In this document: positions 8,707-16,877 of the stretch, piece after piece | Numbering within the stretch: the first letter of the stretch is position 1 | Layout: each line of letters starts with the position of its first letter | From: Candidatus Sabulitectum sp. | GTDB taxonomy: Bacteria; Fermentibacterota; Fermentibacteria; Fermentibacterales; JCC-6 | NCBI GenBank assembly: GCA_021107435.1 | Contig: JAIOSV010000060.1 | Span: 9,824 to 73,823 of the forward strand | DNA: 64,000 bases | Direction of reading: 5' to 3' | Program-made: the position numbers and the translations under genes | Notes under the pieces: model-generated | What the model saw: the letters and a program-made list of their open reading frames with translations, nothing else | What the model was told of the DNA's origin: nothing | The model's database searches: none

Positions 8707-10866
8707 ATGTGTACAACAGAAGATCTGAGGCAGAAACTGACCTGCCTTGAAAAGCAACTGGTAAAACAGAAGAAGATAAACGCTTCACTGAAGGAAAGAG
8801 TGAAACGAAGCATCCGGTCAACTGGAGATTCCTATTCTGTCTTCGAGAATAACATCCTGCTACAGGAACAAATAAAAGCCAGGACAACCGACCTGGAAAA
8901 TGCAAAACTGGCTGCGGAAATGGCCAGTAAGGCAAAAAGCGAATTCCTTGCAAACATGAGCCATGAGATCAGAACACCCTTGAACGGTGTACTGGGAATG
9001 AACACTCTCCTGATGGATACAAAACTTACTGACGAGCAGCGCAGGTATGTCAACACCGTAAGAAGCAGCGGTGAAGCCCTTTTGAACATAATCAATGATA
9101 TTCTGGACTTCTCAAAAATAGAGGCTGGAAAACTGGAACTTGAAGATGTCAACTTCAACCATCTTCTAACTCTCGAAGACTTCGCTGAAATAATGGCAGT
9201 AAAAGCAGATGCAAAAGGAATCGAATTCATTTGTGCTTCGGCGCCGGATATACCCACAATGCTGATTGGCGATCCTGGAAGGCTCCGACAAATCCTCGTG
9301 AATCTTACGGGAAATGCAATCAAGTTCACTGCTGAAGGAGAAGTATCTGTAACAGCCACACTTGCTTCATCAAATAAGGATGATATCACCATAAGATTTT
9401 CAGTAAAGGACACAGGTATGGGTATCCCTGAGCGCAAACAGCAGAAGCTGTTTGAAAGCTTTACTCAGGCAGACTCCAGCACTACAAGACAGTTTGGCGG
9501 TACAGGGCTGGGTCTTGCAATATCCAAACAACTCGCTGAACTCATGGGCGGTGAGATTGGTGTAAACAGCGAACCTGGACGGGGATCGGAATTCTGGTTC
9601 ACCGCTGACTTCAAAAAATCTGACGCTGCAGTACAGAAGCTTATGCAACCTGACGCACTCAAAGGTATTCGTGTTCTTATCGTGGACGACAATACCACCA
9701 ACAGGGACATCCTTTCAACTCAATTCAGGATATGGGGAATAAGAACGGAGGAAGCCGAAGACGGTCCATCCGCGCTCAGAATCCTCTACGATTCAGTTGA
9801 CAGTAATGATCTATTCAGAATTGCGGTACTTGATATGCAAATGCCCGGGATGGATGGGGAAACCCTCGGAAGAGTAATTAAATCCGACAGGAAACTGCAA
9901 GACATCCACTTGCTTATGATGACATCACTGGGACAGCGGGGTGATTCGAGAAGAATGAAGGAGATAGGCTTTTCTGCGTATCTGACGAAGCCGGTAAAAC
10001 AATCCGAACTGTTTGAAGCACTCGCAGTACTGGTAGGCATGAAAACAGTATCAAAAAACGATCTTGTAACGAAGTACTCTCTTAGCGAAATGAAGCTTGA
10101 CAAGTTCAGGATTCTTCTGGTTGAAGACAACATCACCAACCAGCAGGTGGCCATGGGAATTCTTAAGAAAACAGGTGTTCGCGTTGATGCCGTTGCAAAT
10201 GGTCTTGAATCTGTTTTGGCTCTTGAACAGGTTCCATATGATCTGGTGTTCATGGATATACAGATGCCTGTAATGGATGGACTGGAAGCAACCAGAGCGA
10301 TCAGAAGCCCTGACTCAAATGTGCGAAATCGTAATGTACCAATAATTGCCATGACAGCTCATGCCATGCAGGGAGACAAAAACAGGTGTCTTGAAGCAGG
10401 AATGAATGACTATCTGTCGAAACCTGTCAGTCCTCTTCCTATGGCAAAGGTGTTGAAAAAGTGGCTTGACTTTAAAGCTGAACTTGTTCCTGGGAAAACA
10501 GAGCAGCCATCAGAAAATGCAATTGGTGCGGATTGTATCAGCATTTTTAATGCAGAAGAATTCCTTGAGCGAATGATGGATGACAGAAATCTGGCCAGTC
10601 TGATAATCCAGGAATTCCTTAAGAATACACCTGTGCTCATTGCTGAATTGAATAATCATATTCAGAACAACACTCTGACTAAAGCCGGACATGTTGCTCA
10701 CTCCCTGAAAGGCTCTGCGGCAAACCTCAGCGCTTCTCTGTTTGTAAAGACCGCTTTTGAAATTGAGCAGGCTGGAGCTGCGGGAAACACATCCCTTCTG
10801 AAGAAGCTCCTGCCAGTTCTCAAGGATCGCTTCGATGAGCTTAAGGAAGCTCTTCTGCACTTCTAA
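8707..10866 (+). CDS. Hybrid histidine kinase: coiled coil - HisKA - HATPase - REC - REC - Hpt
   Basis: H-box [15 protein letters not shown]; G-boxes DTGMGI and [10 protein letters not shown]; two receiver domains ([11 protein letters not shown] and [11 protein letters not shown]); Hpt motif [10 protein letters not shown]. The ATG at 8707 lies 5 nt after the FIST stop. The ORF-track start at 8629 would overlap the FIST gene. Confidence 0.9.
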   Translation: MCTTEDLRQKLTCLEKQLVKQKKINASLKERVKRSIRSTGDSYSVFENNILLQEQIKARTTDLENAKLAAEMASKAKSEFLANMSHEIRTPLNGVLGMNTLLMDTKLTDEQRRYVNTVRSSGEALLNIINDILDFSKIEAGKLELEDVNFNHLLTLEDFAEIMAVKADAKGIEFICASAPDIPTMLIGDPGRLRQILVNLTGNAIKFTAEGEVSVTATLASSNKDDITIRFSVKDTGMGIPERKQQKLFESFTQADSSTTRQFGGTGLGLAISKQLAELMGGEIGVNSEPGRGSEFWFTADFKKSDAAVQKLMQPDALKGIRVLIVDDNTTNRDILSTQFRIWGIRTEEAEDGPSALRILYDSVDSNDLFRIAVLDMQMPGMDGETLGRVIKSDRKLQDIHLLMMTSLGQRGDSRRMKEIGFSAYLTKPVKQSELFEALAVLVGMKTVSKNDLVTKYSLSEMKLDKFRILLVEDNITNQQVAMGILKKTGVRVDAVANGLESVLALEQVPYDLVFMDIQMPVMDGLEATRAIRSPDSNVRNRNVPIIAMTAHAMQGDKNRCLEAGMNDYLSKPVSPLPMAKVLKKWLDFKAELVPGKTEQPSENAIGADCISIFNAEEFLERMMDDRNLASLIIQEFLKNTPVLIAELNNHIQNNTLTKAGHVAHSLKGSAANLSASLFVKTAFEIEQAGAAGNTSLLKKLLPVLKDRFDELKEALLHF

Positions 10867-11771
10867 GCTTTCCTGAATACACCGGTGGAAAGGTATCTGT
10901 CGCCTCGATCAGCTACCAGCACCACAAGTGTTTCACCCGGACTCATGTCTTGAGCCACCTGAACCGCCGCACTTACTGCTGCGCCTCCACTCATGCCCGC
11001 AAACAAACCCTCTTTCAGAGCCAGTTCTCTGGTCATTGAAAAAGCATCCGAATCAGATTGGCTGATGATGCTGTCCAGACGATTCTCATCAAATATCGCC
11101 GGCATCACAGATTCCTTCATATTCTTCAAGCCCTGAATACTGTGACCAGGCTCAGGCTCCACTCCAATTATCCGGATGTCCGGTGAAAACTCCTTCAACC
11201 CGCGACTGACTCCCATCAGCGTTCCGCCGGTGCCCATTCCGGCAACAAAGGCGTTTATTCCACCGGCAGTCTGTCTGATGATCTCAGGAGCAGTTGATTC
11301 GTAGTGACTCAACCAGTTTGCGCTGTTGCTGTATTGATCCGGCATGTAGAACTTGTCCGGCTCTTCACCAAACAACTGTTCTGCCAGAGAGACAGCTCCG
11401 TCTGCTCCACGCTCTCCGGGTGACAGAACAAGCTCGGCACCAAAGGCGGAGAGTATGTGTCTCCGCTCCACACTTACACCTTCTGGAAGAACCAGTTTAA
11501 CCTTGTAATCCATTGCAGCTCCGACCATTGCCAGACCAATCCCTGTGTTCCCGGATGTAGCTTCCAGTATGGTCTTCCCCCCGTCAAGAAGCCCCCTTTT
11601 CTCAGCATCCCTCACCATCCACAGGGCGGATCTGTCCTTCACTGAACCGCCGGGATTTGTTCCCTCAAGTTTCAGAAGTATCCTGGCGCCACCCTCGGAA
11701 GCCAGGTATCGGAGCTGCACCAGCGGTGTATTTCCAATAGAGCTAAGAATTCCCTCGATATTCTTCATCAT
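10863..11771 (-). CDS. cysK: Cysteine synthase (O-acetylserine sulfhydrylase, CysK/CysM family)
   Basis: GNTPLVQL...[19 protein letters not shown] (PLP lysine motif) and GTGGTLMG. Its stop codon overlaps the stop of the convergent kinase gene (10863-10866). Confidence 0.9.
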   Translation of the reverse strand: MMKNIEGILSSIGNTPLVQLRYLASEGGARILLKLEGTNPGGSVKDRSALWMVRDAEKRGLLDGGKTILEATSGNTGIGLAMVGAAMDYKVKLVLPEGVSVERRHILSAFGAELVLSPGERGADGAVSLAEQLFGEEPDKFYMPDQYSNSANWLSHYESTAPEIIRQTAGGINAFVAGMGTGGTLMGVSRGLKEFSPDIRIIGVEPEPGHSIQGLKNMKESVMPAIFDENRLDSIISQSDSDAFSMTRELALKEGLFAGMSGGAAVSAAVQVAQDMSPGETLVVLVADRGDRYLSTGVFRKA

Positions 11772-11789
11772 TGCATTTCCCCTTAACGC

Positions 11790-11818
11790 AAAAAATCCCG
11801 CGACCTTCCGGCCACGGG
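11790..11818 (-). terminator. Intrinsic terminator / attenuator inside the cysK 5' leader
   Basis: Minus-strand RNA: CCCGUGGCC-GGAA-GGUCGCGGG (9 bp including 2 G.U pairs), followed by AUUUUUU. It ends about 18 nt before the cysK ATG, upstream of the AAGGGGA RBS. Confidence 0.55.
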
Positions 11819-11845
11819 CAATTGTAATTGAATGTTCAGACTATT

Positions 11846-11929
11846 TTACAATACAAACCCCTCTGCCGATACAGAAATGTCAGCAGAACAACAAAAAAAT
11901 ACAGCGCTGTGGTTTGTTTTCTTCATCAT
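11846..11929 (-). CDS. Candidate 27-aa leader peptide with tandem Cys codons (MMKKTNHSAVFFCCSADISVSAEGFVL)
   Basis: My own translation; the ORF is too short for the ORF track. The AUG lies about 7-8 nt downstream of the -10 hexamer, so the transcript would be leaderless. UGU UGU occupy codons 13-14 and are immediately followed by a 7-bp hairpin. Confidence 0.35.
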   Translation of the reverse strand: MMKKTNHSAVFFCCSADISVSAEGFVL

Positions 11930-11936
11930 GGGAACA

Positions 11937-11966
11937 ATTCTACAAAACAGGATGCGGCTTTGTCAA
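11937..11966 (-). promoter_or_regulatory. Sigma70-type promoter upstream of cysK
   Basis: The minus strand reads TTGACA (11966-11961), 18 nt spacer, TAGAAT (11942-11937). A near-identical copy precedes satP. Confidence 0.55.
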
Positions 11967-11989
11967 AAAGGGGAGCCCGAAGACTCCCC
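11965..11989 (-). terminator. Intrinsic terminator of satP
   Basis: Minus-strand RNA: GGGGAGUC-UUCG-GGCUCCCC (8 bp, UUCG tetraloop) followed by UUUUU. The U-tract runs directly into the TTGACA -35 of the cysK promoter. Confidence 0.75.
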
Positions 11990-12009
11990 GCAAATTGATG
12001 ACAGATTGC

Positions 12010-12567
12010 TTACTTCTTTATGATTCCGATTGGAAGCACAATTCGTCCCTTGTCCTCGTTCAGTACTTCAGCAGCTGCAAGATAAACGGCCGAAAGACCG
12101 CAGAGTATTCCCTCATAGCCGGAGAACTTAAGAAAGAAGGAAGGCATTGTGAACCAGTGATCCACAGCAAGCAGCCAGAAAAGTACTGTGACTGACGCAA
12201 ATACAATCTGGATTGCTCTGTGCTTCCCGAAGGTTGCGAACCAGAGCCAGAAAGCAAGAAGCCCCCACATAAACAGATACCAGCCCAGAAAGATCTTGTC
12301 CGCTCCGCCCTTCATGATAATGAACACAAGAGTGATCCAGAAAAACCCGAAGCTGGTGAAAGCAGTTGTACCGAATGTGTTGCCTTTTTTGAATTCCATT
12401 ATACCTGCGACAACCTGAGCAAGGCCTCCAAAGAAAATCCCCAGGGCGAGAATGCTTGGATCGTTCAGTTTAAAGAATCCTGCGTTGTGAATGTTAAGGA
12501 TCGTTGTGGTCATTCCAAATCCCATGAGACCCAGGGGCGCCGGATTCGCCAGCGTGTTTGCGCTCAT
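12010..12567 (-). CDS. satP: Acetate/succinate uptake channel, GPR1/FUN34/YaaH (SatP) family
   Basis: N-terminal signature NPAPLGLMGFGMTTTILN; six hydrophobic helices; 185 aa. Confidence 0.88.
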   Translation of the reverse strand: MSANTLANPAPLGLMGFGMTTTILNIHNAGFFKLNDPSILALGIFFGGLAQVVAGIMEFKKGNTFGTTAFTSFGFFWITLVFIIMKGGADKIFLGWYLFMWGLLAFWLWFATFGKHRAIQIVFASVTVLFWLLAVDHWFTMPSFFLKFSGYEGILCGLSAVYLAAAEVLNEDKGRIVLPIGIIKK

Positions 12568-12620
12568 CTGTCTTTCCTCTCAAGTATTTAATAAAAGTTT
12601 ATTGTGTAGCCGCAGAGGCG

Positions 12621-12650
12621 ATTCTACAATACATGGAGCAGGTTTGTCAA
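12621..12650 (-). promoter_or_regulatory. Sigma70-type promoter upstream of satP
   Basis: The minus strand reads TTGACA (12650-12645), 18 nt spacer, TAGAAT (12626-12621). By my manual alignment the spacer is 12/18 identical to that of the cysK promoter. Confidence 0.55.
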
Positions 12651-12652
12651 AC

Positions 12653-12685
12653 AAAAGGGGAGCACAACAGTGCCCCCCCCTTTTT
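12653..12685 (-). terminator. Intrinsic terminator after kbl
   Basis: Minus-strand RNA: GGGGGGCAC-UGUU-GUGCUCCCC (9 bp including 1 G.U pair), then UUUUGUUUGACA. On the plus strand the hairpin is also followed by TTTTT, so it could act bidirectionally. Confidence 0.7.
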
Positions 12686-12693
12686 AGCAACGG

Positions 12694-13941
12694 CTACATG
12701 CCGTACTTGTCTATTATGCCCTTCTTATCCAGACCAAGAATGCCATATTTCTCACCGATTTTTCTGAAAGCGGCAACGGCTTTGTCTATGTGTTCCTTTG
12801 TGTGCGCGGCAGAAAGCTGAACTCTTATTCTTGCGGCACCTGACGGTACAACCGGGAAGAAGAATCCAATAACATAAATACCTTCAGCGTACATATCACG
12901 AGACATATCATTGGCAAGTTTTGCGTTATACAGCATTACCGGCACTATTGGTGTGTTGCCCGGACGAACACAGAGTCCGGCCTCTTCAATACCCTTGCGG
13001 AAGTAAGCGGTATTCCATTCCAGCTTGTCGCGCAGGTCTGTGTTTGATGTTACCAGATCAATAACCTTGATTGAAGCGTTCACAATTGGCGGTGCCATGG
13101 AATTTGAGAAGAGGTATGGTCTTGCGTTCTGGCGACAGAGCTCAATAAGCTCTTTTCTGCCGGATACACAGCCACCTGAAGCTCCTCCGAGACCTTTTCC
13201 AAAAGTTGTGGTAATTAAATCGACCTTATCAATTACATTGAAGTGCTCGTGAGTTCCCCGTCCTGTCCTGCCAATGAAGCCGGACGCGTGTGACTCGTCA
13301 ACAAGAATCATCGCGCCGAATTCATCACAAAGAGCGCACATCTCATCCAGCGGGGCAAGATCACCGTCCATGGAAAAAACACCATCTGTTACAACAAGAA
13401 CATGACGCTTGTCCTGGTGAAGCTCCAGCTTTTTCTTGAGATGCTTCATGTTCATGTGCTTGAAAGTATCATACTGCGCGGAGCAGAGCTTAATGCCATC
13501 GATAAGAGAAGCGTGGATAAGTCTGTCGGCCAGAATAAGATCCTCCGGGCCGAGAATTGATTCAAAGACACCGGAGTTCGCATCCATGCAGGATGGGAAT
13601 AGAAGAGTATCTTCCATACCGAGGAATTCAGAAACTCTGTCCTGAAGTTCCCTGTGAATATCCTGCGTTCCGCAGATGAAGCGCACGGAACTCATGCCGT
13701 ATCCACGTTCGTCAAGACCTTCGTGTGCAGCCTTAACCACATCCGGGTGACTTGAGAGACCAAGGTAGTTGTTCGCGCAGAAGTTCAGAACTTTAGCCTT
13801 TGGGGCACCTTCCGGAAACTCAACCTCTATTTCAGCAGCCTGAGGAGAACAGATAAATCTCTTCTCTTTGTAGATACCCTTATCTCTAATCGCCTGAATG
13901 TCTTCCGCGAACAATCCTCTCGCTTTTGCGCTGTAAGCCAT
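12694..13941 (-). CDS. kbl: Alpha-oxoamine synthase closest to 2-amino-3-ketobutyrate CoA ligase (glycine C-acetyltransferase)
   Basis: Collinear with E. coli Kbl as I remember it: LNFCANNYLGLSSHPDV, SVRFICGTQDIHRELQ, DGVFSMDGD, TFGKGLGGASGG (PLP lysine), RPYLFSNS, ARIRVQLSAAHT. Confidence 0.8.
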   Translation of the reverse strand: MAYSAKARGLFAEDIQAIRDKGIYKEKRFICSPQAAEIEVEFPEGAPKAKVLNFCANNYLGLSSHPDVVKAAHEGLDERGYGMSSVRFICGTQDIHRELQDRVSEFLGMEDTLLFPSCMDANSGVFESILGPEDLILADRLIHASLIDGIKLCSAQYDTFKHMNMKHLKKKLELHQDKRHVLVVTDGVFSMDGDLAPLDEMCALCDEFGAMILVDESHASGFIGRTGRGTHEHFNVIDKVDLITTTFGKGLGGASGGCVSGRKELIELCRQNARPYLFSNSMAPPIVNASIKVIDLVTSNTDLRDKLEWNTAYFRKGIEEAGLCVRPGNTPIVPVMLYNAKLANDMSRDMYAEGIYVIGFFFPVVPSGAARIRVQLSAAHTKEHIDKAVAAFRKIGEKYGILGLDKKGIIDKYGM

Positions 13942-13952
13942 TATTCCTCCCG

Positions 13953-14204
13953 TCAGTCCTGGAATCTGCGAACAAGTTCACAGATTTTGTTAACTGTGTC
14001 AAATGCCTCAGGGGTTGCTTCTTTGTCGGGAAGGGAGACATGACACTTCTTCTCAAGGAAGACCTTCAGGGAAACCATGGAGAAACTGTCAACGATGCCG
14101 GAAGAGATAAGGGGGGTATCGAAGTCAACCTCTATATCGTCGTCTTCATCCACATACTCGTCAATCACATACTCAAGAACCATATCTTTCATTTCATCAG
14201 CCAT
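13953..14204 (-). CDS. Small acidic carrier protein (ACP / DltC-like, phosphopantetheine attachment)
   Basis: 83 aa and highly acidic. SSGIVDSFSMVSL matches the carrier-protein D-S-(L/F) attachment motif. Its stop overlaps the kbl RBS (GGGAGG). Confidence 0.65.
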   Translation of the reverse strand: MADEMKDMVLEYVIDEYVDEDDDIEVDFDTPLISSGIVDSFSMVSLKVFLEKKCHVSLPDKEATPEAFDTVNKICELVRRFQD

Positions 14205-14218
14205 AACAGTTCCTCTCT

Positions 14219-15964
14219 TTAATCGTCTTCAAGGGTTGAAAGATCGCCAACTTCCTCGCCCCACTCAAGTGCCTTCAGATATCTTCTCAGTATCTTGCCT
14301 GAACGGGTTTTAGGAAGTTTTTCACTGTATTCGATCTCCTGCGGCATCGCCAGAGGTGAAAGTCTCTTCCTGATGAAGTTCATGATATTCAGTTCAAGAT
14401 CATCAGAAGGCTCATAACCGGGATTAAGGGTAATGAAGACCTTCACAACTTCCATGTTCACCTCATCGGGCTTGCCAATGGCGGCTGCCTCTGCGATTGC
14501 CTCGTGCTCCACAAGAGCTGATTCTATTTCAAACGGTCCAACAAGGTGTCCGCCCGTATTGATAACATCGTCATCTCTGCCCACAAACCAGTAGTAACCA
14601 TCCTTGTCAAAACTTGCTCTGTCTCCGGAGACATACCACAGCGACTCATCGGTACGCAATTCGGCAGGCTGTGCATCGTCTGCCGCGCCGACAAACTTGC
14701 TTCTGTAAATGTCCGGTTTCTTCACATACTCTCTGAACATGGATGGCCAGCCGGGTCTGAAGGCAATAAGACCCACAGTACCAGGTTCTGTAACCGGCTT
14801 ATGCGTCTTAAGGTCAAGAATTCCCGCGACAATGCCGGGAAAGGGTTTTCCCATGGAGCCGGGTTTGATCTTCATGCCCGGGAAGTTGGTTATCATCATG
14901 GAACCGGTCTCGGTCTGCCAGAATGTATCAAGGAATGGAAGTCCATAGACCTTCTCGCTCCAGATTACTGCTTCCGCGTTAAGAGGCTCACCTACTGAGG
15001 CCAGGTGTCTGAGGCTGGAAAGATCGAACTGCTTCACAAGCCCTTCACCGTCACGCATGAGAGATCTGATCGCAGTAGGCGCCGAGTACCATACGGTGAT
15101 TTTGTTGTCCTGGATGAAGTTATACCAGGCAGCCGATGTGAATCCGGAATCCAGCACACACTGAGTTGCACCAAGGCTCCAGGGCCCGATGATTCCATAA
15201 CTTGTGCCGGTAACCCAGCCGGGATCGGCAGTACACCAGTAAATATCATCATCATTCAGATCCAGCACCCACGAAGTTGTAAGAGCCTGCCCCCATACAG
15301 AAGCATGAGCATGCTGAGCACCCTTGGGCTGACCTGTAGTTCCGGATGTATAGTGAAGAACAGACGGAGTTTCCGGTCCGGACTCGAACACATCGAATTC
15401 TTCTACCGGCGGCGCTTCCTCCACCTGAAAGAATATCTCTCCCTCTTTGAGTTTGTCGGGATTACCTTCAACAACAACAATCTTCTCCAGTGCCGGGAGT
15501 CTGTCCTGAATCTTTCTGACCTTCTTCACATGCTTCCGAGTAGTGAAGATTACCTTTGTGTCAGCGCTCAAAAGCCTTACCTCAAGCGACTCGTCACCGA
15601 AGGCGGAGAAAAGAGGCTGAGCAACAGCACCCATCTTCAGAACACCAAGGAAGGAAATATACAGTTCAGGAATCTTGTCCATGAACAGACATACTTTTTC
15701 GCCGGGTTCAACTCCAAGATCTTTAAGGAACTTTGCGTACCCATTGGAAAGCACTCTCAAATCGTTAAATGTGTAGGTCTTCTGCTTACCACCGAAGCCC
15801 TGCCAGATAAGAGCTTTCTTGTCACTTTTTCCCTGGGCACAGATTCTGTCGGAACACATGGCACCGATGTTGAGGATCTCGCCTTCCTTCCATCCGAGAA
15901 CTTCTTTTGCAATGTCCCAGCTGAAGTTCTCTCTTCTTTTCTCATAGGACCCGATATTACTCAA
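14219..15964 (-). CDS. acsA: AMP-forming acyl/acetyl-CoA synthetase (AcsA-like adenylating enzyme)
   Basis: LHYTSGTTGQPKG, YWCTADPGWVTGTSYG, FWQTETG, and a KLPKTRSGKILRR...GDLSTLED C-terminus resemble B. subtilis-type AcsA. TTG start with GAGGAG 5 nt upstream. Confidence 0.8.
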   Translation of the reverse strand: MSNIGSYEKRRENFSWDIAKEVLGWKEGEILNIGAMCSDRICAQGKSDKKALIWQGFGGKQKTYTFNDLRVLSNGYAKFLKDLGVEPGEKVCLFMDKIPELYISFLGVLKMGAVAQPLFSAFGDESLEVRLLSADTKVIFTTRKHVKKVRKIQDRLPALEKIVVVEGNPDKLKEGEIFFQVEEAPPVEEFDVFESGPETPSVLHYTSGTTGQPKGAQHAHASVWGQALTTSWVLDLNDDDIYWCTADPGWVTGTSYGIIGPWSLGATQCVLDSGFTSAAWYNFIQDNKITVWYSAPTAIRSLMRDGEGLVKQFDLSSLRHLASVGEPLNAEAVIWSEKVYGLPFLDTFWQTETGSMMITNFPGMKIKPGSMGKPFPGIVAGILDLKTHKPVTEPGTVGLIAFRPGWPSMFREYVKKPDIYRSKFVGAADDAQPAELRTDESLWYVSGDRASFDKDGYYWFVGRDDDVINTGGHLVGPFEIESALVEHEAIAEAAAIGKPDEVNMEVVKVFITLNPGYEPSDDLELNIMNFIRKRLSPLAMPQEIEYSEKLPKTRSGKILRRYLKALEWGEEVGDLSTLEDD

Positions 15965-16079
15965 AATCGCTCCTCTCAGTTTGCTGGAGTTCCCACAAAA
16001 AGGAGTTCTCCTCTGTATTTATTACTGACACTCTACAAACCGTATATCAGGTACAAATAACCTAAATTCCCGCCAATGT

Positions 16080-16460
16080 CTATACTGATTTACCCTCTGC
16101 AATAACGATAGCTATCGCATTCTTTTCAGTGTGAGAAACAGAGACAAGAATTTTATCTATCTTTCTCTCATTCTGAATCATAAGTGCTTTGCCGTACAGC
16201 TTTAACGAGATACTGCCTGTTTCCATGCGCCTGACTATCTCAACATCCCTGAAGCGGAGTCCTGACGAAAGCCCCGACCCCAGTGCCTTGAATGTGGCTT
16301 CTTTTGCGGCAAACCTCGCGGCGAAGTTCTCCCAGTATCTAACCTGAGTGCGGCAATACTCTGTTTCAGCAGGCAGAAAAAGCTCTTCAATAAGCCGGTC
16401 ATCAAGTCGCCTGCGGAAAGAAAGAACATCAACTGTATCAATCCCTATTCCAATTACCAA
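16080..16460 (-). CDS. acpS: Holo-[acyl-carrier-protein] synthase (4'-phosphopantetheinyl transferase)
   Basis: (M)VIGIGIDTVDV...FAAKEATFKALG...SVSHTEKNAIAIVI. TTG start. Confidence 0.88.
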   Translation of the reverse strand: MVIGIGIDTVDVLSFRRRLDDRLIEELFLPAETEYCRTQVRYWENFAARFAAKEATFKALGSGLSSGLRFRDVEIVRRMETGSISLKLYGKALMIQNERKIDKILVSVSHTEKNAIAIVIAEGKSV

Positions 16461-16877
16461 GTTAACCTGCTCTTCATGGAAAATGTACCTTGTGTCCCCT
16501 GTTGATCAAGTACAAGATACTGAGCCATTCCTCCGTAACGCTCCGACATTCCGGTGTCTATCATAACAGCTCTGCTACCGAATCGGCTCGAAGCGTCTTA
16601 AGAGAAGTTGTATGTCCGGTTGATGAAGCATCACTGCCGTTCAACCCTGGATAGTCACAGACGCACCAGCAATGATGACAGATTTGATTCTTTTATCAAG
16701 CTTCAATTCTACTTCTATAAAAGTGACGCAATCAGCTTTCCTGATTTCCTTATCCATGAAATCCAGTTTTCTGTCACCTTGACAACTCATCTCTACTCCA
16801 CATATGATTTTAGCATTGGGATATTTTATACTGGTTTTCTGTGTTTGTATGGTGTTTTTATCATAGGGAGGTTTAAA

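Noticed and set aside
10863-10866. Overlapping stop codons of the convergent hybrid kinase and cysK genes (cTAa), with no terminator between them.
   Set aside because: It is real in the sequence, but such overlaps are common in compact genomes. No functional inference is justified.
11919-11929. 11-nt identity (ATGATGAAGAA) between the start of the candidate leader ORF and the start of cysK (11771-11761).
   Set aside because: The identity does not extend further and could arise by chance in an A-rich start context. It is not used as evidence for duplication.
12694-16460. Interpreting the oxoamine synthase + ACP + ligase cluster as a bacterial sphingolipid (serine palmitoyltransferase) locus.
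   Set aside because: The synthase is collinear with Kbl motifs (NFCANNYLGL, SVRFICGTQD) rather than SPT. The ligase looks like short-chain AcsA (FWQTETG). No reductase or ceramide-synthase-like genes are adjacent. I kept it as an open question in the findings rather than as a call.
16470-16800. Possible remnants of a degraded gene upstream of acpS. Minus-strand fragments include ...KLDFMDKEIRKADCVTFIEVELKLDKRIKSVIIAGASVTIQG* and, in another frame, MIDTGMSERYGGMAQYLVLDQQG....
   Set aside because: The fragments are short and lie in three different frames. I could not match them to any family (pdxJ, YjeF-like and PfkB-like were considered). The evidence is insufficient to call a pseudogene.
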